Of a stretch of DNA of 64,000 bases, positions 8,721 through 19,022 are shown piece by piece; position 1 is the first letter of the stretch; the number at the start of each line of letters is the position of its first letter. This stretch comes from Planctomycetota bacterium (GTDB lineage: Bacteria > Planctomycetota > B15-G4). The stretch lies in assembly GCA_038212275.1 (NCBI GenBank), contig JBBQUR010000018.1, positions 1-64,000 of the forward strand. The letters are read 5' to 3'. Under the pieces are notes generated by a model that was not told where the DNA came from, ran no database searches, and worked only from the letters and a program-made list of their open reading frames with translations. Made by a program: the position numbers and the translations under genes.

Positions 8721-10804
8721 GATGACGAGCCCTCCAGCAGCATGTCCACGATGGCGTCCTTCTCGGCCTGGACCTTCAGCCCCGCCTTGGCGGTCTTGGC
8801 GGTGGCCGCCGCCGCAGCATTCTTGGCCCCGCTGCCCTTGGTGTCCAGCGCCATGGGCTGATCCTGGCGGCTGCCGTCCCGGTAGACGGTGATGCCCTTG
8901 CAACCCGTGGCGTAGGCGAGCAGGTAGGCCTCCTCGACGTCGGCCGGCGTGGCCTCGGGCGAGAAGTTGATGGTCTTGCTCACCGCGGCATCGGTGTGCT
9001 TCTGCCACGCGGCCTGCATCTTCACGTGCCAGGAGGGCGAGATGTCGCGCGCCGAGCGGAAGACGTCCGAGATGTGCTCCGGCAGCTCGACGGGGCAACC
9101 CTCGATGGTGCCGCGCTCGCACGCGAACTCCACGACCTGCTCGATCTGCTCGGCGGTGAAGCCGGCGGCGTGCAAGGCGTCCCTGAACACCGGGTTGATC
9201 TCGTACATGATCTGCGCGCGGCCCTGGCTGTCCTTCATGACCTGACGCTTGAAGGCCAGGCTGAAGATCGGCTCGATGCCGCCCGAACAGCCCGCGATGA
9301 TCGAGATGGTGCCCGTCGGCGCGATGGTCACGCAGTGCGCGTTGCGCATCTTGCGCTTCAGCACCGTGTCCCAGCGGCTGCCCTTCCAGTTGGCGAAGAC
9401 GCCCTTCTCCTCCGCGAGCCGCGTGTCCTCGTCCCACGCCTCCTGCTGAATGAAGCTGGAGACCTTGTCCGCGAGGTCGAGCGCGGCCTGGCTGTCGTAG
9501 GGCACGTGGAGCTTGAAGAGCAGGTCCGCCCAGCCCATGACGCCGAGGCCGATCTTGCGGTTGGCGCGGCACATCGCGTCGATTTCCTTGGTGGGGTAGT
9601 TGTTCACCTCCACCACGTCGTCGAGGAAACGGACGGACGTGCGCACCGTCTCGCCCAGCACGTCCCAGTTCACGCTGCCGAAGCCCGACTCACCGGCCTC
9701 GGCCGGCTGGTGGAACATCGCCAGGTTGAGGCTGCCCAGATTGCAGGCCTCGTAGGGCAGCAGCGGCTGCTCGCCGCACGGGTTCGTGCTGGTCATCGTG
9801 CCGACGTTCGGGGTGGGGTTCACCTCGTTGATGCGGTCGATGAAGATCAGGCCCGGCTCGCCCGACTGCCAGGCCTTTTTCACGATGAGGTCGAAGACCT
9901 CGCCGATGGTCCAGTAGTCGTCCGAACTGGCGGCCGCGAGGGAGGCCGGCGTCGCCGTCGCGTCGTAGTCGGCGCGGTTGTCCGCCTTGCGCAGGAGCGC
10001 CGTGCGCGTGTCGTGCGGGTTGGCCACGACGTGCAGCGCGCCGCGGTCCGAGCGCACGCGGTCCATGAAGGCGTTGGTCACCGTCACCGAGAGGTTGTAG
10101 TTGGTGACCTTGCTCAGGTCTTCCTTGAGCCGGATGAAGTGCAGCACGTCGGGGTGGTCGATGCGCATGGTGCCCATGTTGGCGCCGCGGCGGAACGCAC
10201 CCTGCTGGATGGCGTCGGTCACCGCGCTGAGCATCTTGAGGAAGGACAGCGGGCCCTCGGTGGTGCCGCCCGAGCTGCGCACGATGGAGCCGCTGGGTCG
10301 CAGGCGTGACAGGTCGATGCCGGTGCCGCCGCCCGCGCGCTGGACGAGCGCGATCTGGCGCGCGGTCTCCATGATGTCCGAGATGCTGTCCTCGAGCGGC
10401 AGGACGAAGCAGGCCGAGAGCATGCCGAGCGGGCGGCCCGCATTCATGAGCGTGGGCGAGTTCGGCATGAAGCGGCGATCCCACATCATCTCGAAGTAGC
10501 GCTGGCTCCAGCCGGCCTTGTCCTTCTCGACGCCCGAGACGTGGTCGGCGACCCGGTGGAAGAGCTGGACCGGGGTCTCGCAGATCTGCCCCTGATCGTC
10601 CTTCTTGAGATAGCGGTTCTGGAGCACGCGCAGGGCGTTCTCGGCGAAGTCGCCGCACGAAGCCGCCTGCACCTGGCTCTCCGTCAACTGGGCGATGCGA
10701 TTGCCCGCCACCTGCCCCTTGGCCGCACCGGCCGCAATGCCCGCAGGCTGTCCGCTCTTGCCTCCCTGACCCGAATCACGCATGCGCTCACTCATCTCGA
10801 CCAC
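8717..10804 (-). CDS. nrdJa: Adenosylcobalamin-dependent (class II) ribonucleotide reductase catalytic subunit, NrdJa-like
   Basis: PNSPTLMNAG, LSACFVL, RRGANM, TNPCGEQPLLPYEACNLGS, TIAPTGTIS and KGITVYRDGSR motifs. Confidence 0.93.
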   Translation of the reverse strand: MVEMSERMRDSGQGGKSGQPAGIAAGAAKGQVAGNRIAQLTESQVQAASCGDFAENALRVLQNRYLKKDDQGQICETPVQLFHRVADHVSGVEKDKAGWSQRYFEMMWDRRFMPNSPTLMNAGRPLGMLSACFVLPLEDSISDIMETARQIALVQRAGGGTGIDLSRLRPSGSIVRSSGGTTEGPLSFLKMLSAVTDAIQQGAFRRGANMGTMRIDHPDVLHFIRLKEDLSKVTNYNLSVTVTNAFMDRVRSDRGALHVVANPHDTRTALLRKADNRADYDATATPASLAAASSDDYWTIGEVFDLIVKKAWQSGEPGLIFIDRINEVNPTPNVGTMTSTNPCGEQPLLPYEACNLGSLNLAMFHQPAEAGESGFGSVNWDVLGETVRTSVRFLDDVVEVNNYPTKEIDAMCRANRKIGLGVMGWADLLFKLHVPYDSQAALDLADKVSSFIQQEAWDEDTRLAEEKGVFANWKGSRWDTVLKRKMRNAHCVTIAPTGTISIIAGCSGGIEPIFSLAFKRQVMKDSQGRAQIMYEINPVFRDALHAAGFTAEQIEQVVEFACERGTIEGCPVELPEHISDVFRSARDISPSWHVKMQAAWQKHTDAAVSKTINFSPEATPADVEEAYLLAYATGCKGITVYRDGSRQDQPMALDTKGSGAKNAAAAATAKTAKAGLKVQAEKDAIVDMLLEGSSS

Positions 10805-10903
10805 CTTGCCCTCCCACCGAAAAAACCGCCACAGACGGCCCTCGCCGCCGCGCGTTGCCTGCTGCCTCCCAGCCCTAGCCGTGGGGCTGCGTCATCAGCG
10901 AGG

Positions 10904-10919
10904 ACACTAGATATGGTGG
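10904..10919. promoter_or_regulatory. Putative NrdR box
   Basis: ACACTAGATATGGTGG matches the acaCwAtATaTwGtgt consensus at 13/16, about 100 bp upstream of nrdJa. Confidence 0.7.
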
Positions 10920-11035
10920 GCGCGGGGAGGTGATCAAGCGAAATAAGGAATTCCTTGATCAGCCCCTCATGAGCAGACTTTCTGCTCTTCTGCGAGCCCT
11001 CTTGAATCCGATCGGCGCACTCGTCCGGACCCTGC

Positions 11036-11986
11036 TCAGGGCTCCGCGATCGTTCCTGGCGAGAACTCGCGAAAGGTGCCGATTTGCTGCCGGTTCCGGC
11101 TCCACACCTCGACTTCGAGCTGCAATTCACGGCCGGTCTGCGATCGCACCGCGTCGCGCACGCGCTCCACGAGCGCAAGCACATCGGCCGCCGCGGCGCC
11201 ACCGTTGTTCACGATGAAGTTCGCGTGTTGCTCCGACACCGTGGCGGCGCCGACCGAAAGGCCCTTGCAGCCGGCGCGCTCGATGAGCGCGCCGCTCGCC
11301 GCGTCCGGCGCGTTGCGGAACATGCAGCCCGCGCTGCGCGCCGTGAGCGGCTGACTGGTCCGCTTGGCATGCAGGATCTCGCTCATGCGCTTCCAGATGC
11401 GCTGCGGATCATCGGGCGACAGTTGCAGCACCGCGTCGAGCACGACCTGCCCGCGGAACGGCGAGCTGCGGTAGGCGAATTGCGCGGGCGTGCACGGCAC
11501 CTCGCGCGCGGTGCCGTCGGGCTCCACCACCGTGACGGCGATCAGCCGGTCGCTGATCCAGCCGTGCGAGCTGCCCGCGTTGCCCGCGACCGCGCCACCG
11601 ACGGTGCCGGGAATGCCGATCAGCATCTCCGCGCCGGCCAGCCCCTGACGCTGGCAGACGGAGACCAGTCGCGCGAGCGAGGCGCCTGCCTCCGCGCGCA
11701 GGCAATGCTCGCGCTCGCCGTCGTGCCAGAGGCCCTGCATCGCGCGGGTGTGCAGCACGACGTCGGGCACACCGTCATCGCAGACGAGCAGGTTGCTGCC
11801 GTGGCCGAGCAGCCGGAAAGCCAGACCCGCAGCGCGCAGCTCGCGCACGGCCAGCTGCAATTCCGGCCTCGTGCGCGGTTCGATGATCCACGGCGCGGGA
11901 CCGCCCACGCCGAGCGTCGTGCGAGGACCGAGCTCAGCCTGCTCGTGGACGAGCAGTTGCTCCAGCAAGACGGCCGGCAAGTCCAT
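11036..11986 (-). CDS. murB: UDP-N-acetylenolpyruvoylglucosamine reductase
   Basis: TTLGVGGPA, LGHGSNLL, GIPGTVGGAVAGNAG, SAGCMFRN, HANFIVN and LEV motifs. Confidence 0.93.
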   Translation of the reverse strand: MDLPAVLLEQLLVHEQAELGPRTTLGVGGPAPWIIEPRTRPELQLAVRELRAAGLAFRLLGHGSNLLVCDDGVPDVVLHTRAMQGLWHDGEREHCLRAEAGASLARLVSVCQRQGLAGAEMLIGIPGTVGGAVAGNAGSSHGWISDRLIAVTVVEPDGTAREVPCTPAQFAYRSSPFRGQVVLDAVLQLSPDDPQRIWKRMSEILHAKRTSQPLTARSAGCMFRNAPDAASGALIERAGCKGLSVGAATVSEQHANFIVNNGGAAAADVLALVERVRDAVRSQTGRELQLEVEVWSRNRQQIGTFREFSPGTIAEP

Positions 11987-13349
11987 CGATGTCGCCTGCT
12001 CCCATGATGAGGCACACGTCTCCGGGCCGCAGCATCGCCGCGACGGCGCGATCCGCCTCCTGGGCCGCGCCGAGGCGCAGGAGCCGGTCTCCGGTGCGCT
12101 TCGCCAGGTCACGGGCCAGGCCCTCGGCCTGCTCGGGATGGCGATCGCGCGAGATGAAGATATCGCAGAGGCCGACCGCATCGAAGGATTGCAGCGCCGA
12201 GGCGAAGCCGGGCAGGAAGTCCGCGGTGCGACTCACCTGGTGCGGCTGGAAGATGCCGACCACGCGCCGGTTCGGGAAGCGCGCGCGCACCGCGTCCGAC
12301 GCCGCCAGGAGCGCGTCGGGATGATGCGCGAAGTCGTCGATGACGCGCACGCCGTCGTGCTCGCCGAGGTCCTGCAGCCGTCGCGCGACGCCGAGGAAAC
12401 TCGCCACGTGCGGCAGCGCGAACCACAGCGGCACGCCGAGCGCCAGCACCGCCAGCAGGGCCGTGCGCAGGTTCTCCAGATTGTGCCGGCCGAGCAGCGG
12501 CAGCTCGAAAGGACCGCGCCCCCAGGCGCCGCCCTCGACGGTGCCGTGATAGCCGTGCGCATCTTCCGTCACGCGGTCGAGGTGCAGGTGATCCTCGACG
12601 TGCCAGCGCCGCGCGCCGACCGGACAGGACAGCTCGCAGTCGGCGCCGACGCCCGCGCCGAGCACGAGCGTGCCGCCCGGAGGCAGCCGCTGCGCGAACC
12701 GCGCGAAGGCCTGCACGACGCCGCGGGCATCGCCGAAGCAGTCGAGGTGATCGGGCGCGACGCCGTTGATGACCGCGATCTCGTACTCGAGCTGGAGGAA
12801 CGAGTGGTCGTACTCGCAGGCCTCGACGACCATCGCGTCGCCCTGCCCCCAGCCGCTGCTGTCGGGCAGTGACAGCGGACGCGCGCCGACGATCCACGCC
12901 GGGTCGAGCCCCGCCGAGCGCAGCAGGTGCGCCACGAGCGCCGTCGTCGTGGACTTGCCGTGCGTGCCGGCCACCGCGATGCCCCGCCGACCGGTCATCA
13001 CGCGCCCGAGCGCCTCGCTGTATTTGATGACGGGCACGTCGTGCGCGAGCGCGGCGGCCACCTCGGGATTGGAATCCGGCACCGCCGCCGAGCGAATGAG
13101 CAGCTGCGCATCGCCGACGTGGCGCGCATCATGGCCCGAGCGCACGGCGACACCGGCCGCGCGCAGTTCCTCGGCCTGGAAGGTCGCGGCGCTGTCGCTG
13201 CCGCTCACGACATGCCCTCGCGCCGCGAGCAGACGCGCCAGCGCCGAGAGCCCGCCTCCGCCGACGCCGACGCAGTGGAGCCGCTCGGGAAGCGCCCGCT
13301 GCGCGGGCGTCCGCGACGACGGCTGCGAGGGCGAGGACATCGAGATCAC
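11934..13349 (-). CDS. murC: UDP-N-acetylmuramate--L-alanine ligase
   Basis: GVGGGGLSALA, VAGTHGKSTTT, VEACEYD, DHLD, DDFAHHP, FQPH and MGAGDI motifs. Confidence 0.9.
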   Translation of the reverse strand: MISMSSPSQPSSRTPAQRALPERLHCVGVGGGGLSALARLLAARGHVVSGSDSAATFQAEELRAAGVAVRSGHDARHVGDAQLLIRSAAVPDSNPEVAAALAHDVPVIKYSEALGRVMTGRRGIAVAGTHGKSTTTALVAHLLRSAGLDPAWIVGARPLSLPDSSGWGQGDAMVVEACEYDHSFLQLEYEIAVINGVAPDHLDCFGDARGVVQAFARFAQRLPPGGTLVLGAGVGADCELSCPVGARRWHVEDHLHLDRVTEDAHGYHGTVEGGAWGRGPFELPLLGRHNLENLRTALLAVLALGVPLWFALPHVASFLGVARRLQDLGEHDGVRVIDDFAHHPDALLAASDAVRARFPNRRVVGIFQPHQVSRTADFLPGFASALQSFDAVGLCDIFISRDRHPEQAEGLARDLAKRTGDRLLRLGAAQEADRAVAAMLRPGDVCLIMGAGDIDGLAGRLAGATARPRAG

Positions 13350-14485
13350 GTGCGGTGCTCGGCGGCGCCCAGCACGACGTCGGCCACATCGCTGGCTGCC
13401 TGCGGTCGCGCGACGCGCCGTGCCGCCGCGCTCATCTCCGGAAGCCGCGTCAGCGCATCGGACAGCAGGGACGCGGCCGTGCGCACGCCGGCCGGATCGT
13501 CGCGGCTCACCATGCAGGCGCCTCCGACGTCCACGAGCAGCTTGCCGTTGGCCTCCTGATGGTGGTCCGCATGATGCGGATACGGGACCAGCACCGACGG
13601 CGTACCGGTGCAGGCCAGCTCGGCGATGGTGCCGGCGCCTGAGCGGCACACGGCGACGTCGGCGAGTCCCCACACCGCAGACATGTCCGCCACGAACTGG
13701 CGGCGCACCACCAGCACGCGGCCCTGTCCGTCGGTGCGATCCGTCGGCGGCACGGGCTGGCCGCCCGAGATGTTCAGCACCTGCCACGAGTCGCCGGTGC
13801 GTGCCAGCACGTCCACGAGCTGCGGCAGCAGCGCGTTGAGATCGCCGGCGCCCTGGCTGCCGCCCATGAGCAGCAGCGTGCGGCGCGTGCTGTCGAGACC
13901 GAGCGTGGCCGCCGCCTCCGACCGCGTGCGTGGCGCCAGGTGCGGTGCCGGGTTGCCGGTGACTTGCGTGCTGTGCAGGCCGCGCGGCATGTCGTCGCCA
14001 TCCACGGTGAGGCAGGTGTGCTGGACGCGCTGGCCGAGCAGGCGGCGCTGGCCGAGCATCCGCTGCACCTTTCCGGCGCGCGCATTCTGCTCGAGCAGCA
14101 CCGAGGGCCGCCCGAAGAAGCCCAACAGCACGGCAGGCAGCGAGACCCAGCCGCCGAGCACCACGATGGCGTCCGGGTCGTAATCGCGCACCGCACGCTG
14201 CCAGCGCCGGCTCGCGTGGAACCACGAGCCGACATCCAGCGGTGACGGGCGCGTGCAGTCGCCGAAGAGGTCGCGGCTGCAGAGCTGCCTCGGTTCGAGC
14301 AGCGCGCGCTCCACCGGCCGTCCGGCGATGAGGAAGAGCGAGTCGTGTCCGCGACGGCGCAGTTCCTCGGCCACGGCGACACCCGGCGCGAGGTGGCCGC
14401 CCGTGCCACCTCCCAGAAACGCCACCTTTCTCGGGCGCTGATCTCGCGGGCCAGGCGGGCCGCGCTCATCCTGGGCCAGCTGCAT
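13346..14485 (-). CDS. murG: Lipid II N-acetylglucosaminyl transferase
   Basis: GGGTGGH, EQNA, TGNP, GGSQGA, RSGAGT and HQEAN motifs. Confidence 0.93.
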   Translation of the reverse strand: MQLAQDERGPPGPRDQRPRKVAFLGGGTGGHLAPGVAVAEELRRRGHDSLFLIAGRPVERALLEPRQLCSRDLFGDCTRPSPLDVGSWFHASRRWQRAVRDYDPDAIVVLGGWVSLPAVLLGFFGRPSVLLEQNARAGKVQRMLGQRRLLGQRVQHTCLTVDGDDMPRGLHSTQVTGNPAPHLAPRTRSEAAATLGLDSTRRTLLLMGGSQGAGDLNALLPQLVDVLARTGDSWQVLNISGGQPVPPTDRTDGQGRVLVVRRQFVADMSAVWGLADVAVCRSGAGTIAELACTGTPSVLVPYPHHADHHQEANGKLLVDVGGACMVSRDDPAGVRTAASLLSDALTRLPEMSAAARRVARPQAASDVADVVLGAAEHRT

Positions 14486-14486
14486 G

Positions 14487-15275
14487 TCAGGGAATCCGCA
14501 GCACCTGGCCGAGCTTCAGCGCGTCCTTGCTCTTGAGGATGTCCTTGTTCGCGGCGAAGAGATCATCGGCGCGTGTTGCGCTGCCGAGGTACTTCTTCGC
14601 GATCGCCCCGAGCGTGTCACCCTTGACGACGGTGTGCGTCCGCCCCGGGACCGCCGCAGAGGCCGGCGCGGCCACAGGCTTGGCCGGCGTCGCCTTCACC
14701 GGCACGACCGGGGCCGGAACGGCGGCGCCCCCGGTGCCCGCAGCCTGCGCGGGAGCGGCAGCGACCACAGGCGCCTCGCCGCTGACCCGGATCGACATCC
14801 CGATCTTCAGCTTGTGCGGGTCGAGACCCGGGTTGAGCTTGACCAGTTCTTTCCAGCGCGACTCGCTGCCGAGGTAGCGCGCGGCAATCGTGGAGAGCGT
14901 CTCGCCCGAGGCCACCGTGTGCATGCCGCTCGGCGCGGTCACGACGACCGGCGCGCCGGCGGGCACGACCACGTTCAACGCAGCGGGTTCGTCCGACATC
15001 GCCGGGCGTGCGGAGGCGCGGTCACCCGGATAGGCGATCGGCTTCTCGTTCCAGTCGAAACTCGTGCCCGGCATGATGGGCACCACGCGCACGCGATTGC
15101 CCGCAGTGAGCGGAGCGCCATTCGTCGCCGACGCGCCCACCGCGGGCGCCTCGTCACCGATGACCACCGGCGCCATGTCGGGCGCGCTGCTGAAGCCGCC
15201 CTGCAAGCCGATGACGAGCAGAAGCCCGCCCACGAAAATCACTGCGGAAAGCCCGTATTTTTCGACATCACTCAT
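14487..15275 (-). CDS. Membrane-anchored protein with two LysM peptidoglycan-binding domains
   Basis: N-terminal TM helix; HTVASGETLSTIAARYLG...LKIGMSIRV and HTVVKGDTLGAIAKKYLG...LKLGQVLRIP; Pro/Ala-rich linkers. Confidence 0.9.
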   Translation of the reverse strand: MSDVEKYGLSAVIFVGGLLLVIGLQGGFSSAPDMAPVVIGDEAPAVGASATNGAPLTAGNRVRVVPIMPGTSFDWNEKPIAYPGDRASARPAMSDEPAALNVVVPAGAPVVVTAPSGMHTVASGETLSTIAARYLGSESRWKELVKLNPGLDPHKLKIGMSIRVSGEAPVVAAAPAQAAGTGGAAVPAPVVPVKATPAKPVAAPASAAVPGRTHTVVKGDTLGAIAKKYLGSATRADDLFAANKDILKSKDALKLGQVLRIP

Positions 15276-15341
15276 GACAGGAACTCCCAACCACCAGTTG
15301 CTTTCACCCGGGTCACCACGCCCGGGAAACCACGCCCGCTC

Positions 15342-16511
15342 TCAGCCACCGGGTTCACCCCTGTGTGTGAGCGATGTCGCCCAGCGTGCTTCCAGTTGCG
15401 GATCTTCCTCCGGAGCACGCGCCAAACCAAGCAGCAAACCGATCGAGACGCACAGCATCAGCAGCGACGTGCCGCCTGCGCTGATGAACGGGAGCGGCAG
15501 GCCCTTGTTCGGCGCCACGGCCGTCACCACCGCGATGTTCAGCACGGCCTGCACCGCGACCTGCATGAGCAGGCCGGTGCCGACGATCAGCGAGAAGCGG
15601 CTGCGCATGCCGAGCAGCAGCCGCACGCCGTGCCAGAGGAACAGGGCGTACAGCACGACGATGCTTCCCGTGCCGACCAGTCCGAGTTCCTCGCCGATGA
15701 CGGCGAACAGGAAGTCGTTCTGCGCCTCCGGCAGCAGTCCCCACTTGGCCATGCCGTTGCCGAGTCCCGCGCCGAAGACGCCGCCGCTGCCAAGCGCAGT
15801 GAGCCCCTGCGTCACCTGGTAGTCCGTCCCCTTGTTCTGCCAGCCTTCGATGCGCTGGCGGAAGTGCGGGAAGAAGTACCAGGCGAAAACGGTCGCGGCG
15901 AGCAACGTCGGCACGAAGGCGACGAAGAGGTGCTTGGTGCGCGCGCCGCCCACCCACATGACGAGCACGGCCATGAAGAGCAGGTAGATCGAGCTGCCGT
16001 AGTCCGGCTCGAGGAAGACGAGCAGCGCCGGCACGATCGCCAGGCCGAAGGGAACGGCCAGTCCGTACTTCAGCTCGGAGAGCCGGTCGCGCAACGCCAC
16101 CATCCACGCGCCGATCATCAGGATCGTGGCCACGCGCGCCAGTTCGCTGGGCTGGAACGAGGCCCCGCCCACGCCGAACCAGCGCACCGCGCCGTTGCGT
16201 CGCGCCCCGACCGCCAGCAGCAGCACGAGCAGCGCGATGGCGATGATCCAGGCCGGCCGGGCCAGCGCGAAGAGCCGGCGCGGTCCGGTGCGCATCGCGA
16301 GGAGGAACGCGACCAGCGCGAGGCCCACCTTGGCCAGGTGACCGGCCAGCGGGTGCAGCACGCCACCGGGCCCCGGGTCGCGCAGCTCGTCCACCATCGC
16401 GGAGGAAAAGGCCATCGTGGCGCCGATCGCCAGCAGCGCCAGCATGCAGCCCGTCATGATGCGGGAGCTGGAGGCCATCTGCTCGGGCGTGGTGTAGGGG
16501 AGTTCGCGCAT
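15342..16511 (-). CDS. ftsW: SEDS family peptidoglycan glycosyltransferase FtsW
   Basis: NGAVRW, FQPSELA, EPDYGS, LPEAQNDFLFAVIGEELG and KGLPLPFISAGG motifs; position in dcw cluster. Confidence 0.92.
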   Translation of the reverse strand: MRELPYTTPEQMASSSRIMTGCMLALLAIGATMAFSSAMVDELRDPGPGGVLHPLAGHLAKVGLALVAFLLAMRTGPRRLFALARPAWIIAIALLVLLLAVGARRNGAVRWFGVGGASFQPSELARVATILMIGAWMVALRDRLSELKYGLAVPFGLAIVPALLVFLEPDYGSSIYLLFMAVLVMWVGGARTKHLFVAFVPTLLAATVFAWYFFPHFRQRIEGWQNKGTDYQVTQGLTALGSGGVFGAGLGNGMAKWGLLPEAQNDFLFAVIGEELGLVGTGSIVVLYALFLWHGVRLLLGMRSRFSLIVGTGLLMQVAVQAVLNIAVVTAVAPNKGLPLPFISAGGTSLLMLCVSIGLLLGLARAPEEDPQLEARWATSLTHRGEPGG

Positions 16512-16521
16512 GGGGCTCAAT

Positions 16522-17636
16522 TCAGGCGACCGCGAGGCTGGCCATGCCGGCGGCCGCGAACAGCACCGCGATGATCCAGAAGCGCGTCACGATGCGCGTC
16601 TCGGGCATGCCGCCGAATTGGAAATGATGGTGCAGGGGCGCGCAGCGCAGCAGCCGCTTGCCATGCGAATACTTGAAGTAGCCGACCTGCACGATGACCG
16701 AGAGCGCCTCGACCACGAAGACTCCGCCGACGAGCAGCAGCACGAGTTCGTGCTTGGTCACGACGGCGACGTAGCCGAGCAGGCTGCCCAGCGGGAGCGA
16801 GCCGGTGTCGCCCATGTAGACCAGCGCAGGCGCTGCGTTGAACCACAGAAAACCAAGGGTCGCGCCGACCATGGCCGTGCAGAACACGGTCATCTCCTGC
16901 GTGAGCGGCACGTAGAGCAGGTCCTTGCCGGGCAGCAGGCTCTCCGCGCGCCCGACCGCCACGCAGATCGCGGCCATGGCCAGGGCGGACACGACCATGC
17001 TTCCCGCGGCGAGGCCGTCCATGCCGTCCGTGAGATTCACCGCATTGCTGGTGCCCGTCACGACGAGCAGCACGAGCACGACGTGCGGGAGGCCGTGGAA
17101 CCACGAAAGGTCGAGCACCGCACCTTGCGTGAACGGGATGTGCAGCGCCAGCAGCTCGCTCGCGTTGGAGCGGCTCTTGAAGATCAGCGTGATGACCATG
17201 CCGAGCGCCAGCGCCACGAAGAATTGCAGCGTGTACTTGGCTTTCGCGGACAGCCCGCGCCGCTCGCGCCGGGTCAGCTTGACCCAGTCGTCGATGAATC
17301 CGATCAGCCCGTAGCCGAGCGTGGACAGCAGGCCGAGCAGCACGTAGTCGTTCTGCAGGTTGCCGCAGACGAGGCCCGCCACCAGAATCGCGCCGATGAT
17401 CATCACGCCGCCCATCGTGGGCGTCGCGCCCTTCTTCGCATTGATGCGGTTCAGCTCGGGCGCGTCGGTGTTGGTCTCCACCTCGTGGAACTGATGGCGG
17501 TGCAGCCAGCGCAGCAGCCGCGGGCCGACGATCAGCGCCACGGTGAAGGCGAGCACGGCGGACAGTGCGGCGCGCACGGCGAGTGAACCGAAGGGCCCGT
17601 GGGTCCCGGCTCCCAGCTCGTGCAGCAGCCAGAGGA

Positions 17637-17640
<4 letters not shown>
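16522..17640 (-). CDS. mraY: Phospho-MurNAc-pentapeptide transferase
   Basis: TPTMGG, GFIDD, SNAVNLTDGMDGL, MGDTGS and APLHHHF motifs. Confidence 0.96.

Positions 17641-19009
<1,369 letters not shown>

Positions 19010-19022
<13 letters not shown>

Noticed and set aside
10805..11035. Cobalamin riboswitch upstream of the B12-dependent reductase
   Set aside because: No B12-box or other conserved elements could be recognised by eye; an Rfam scan would settle it
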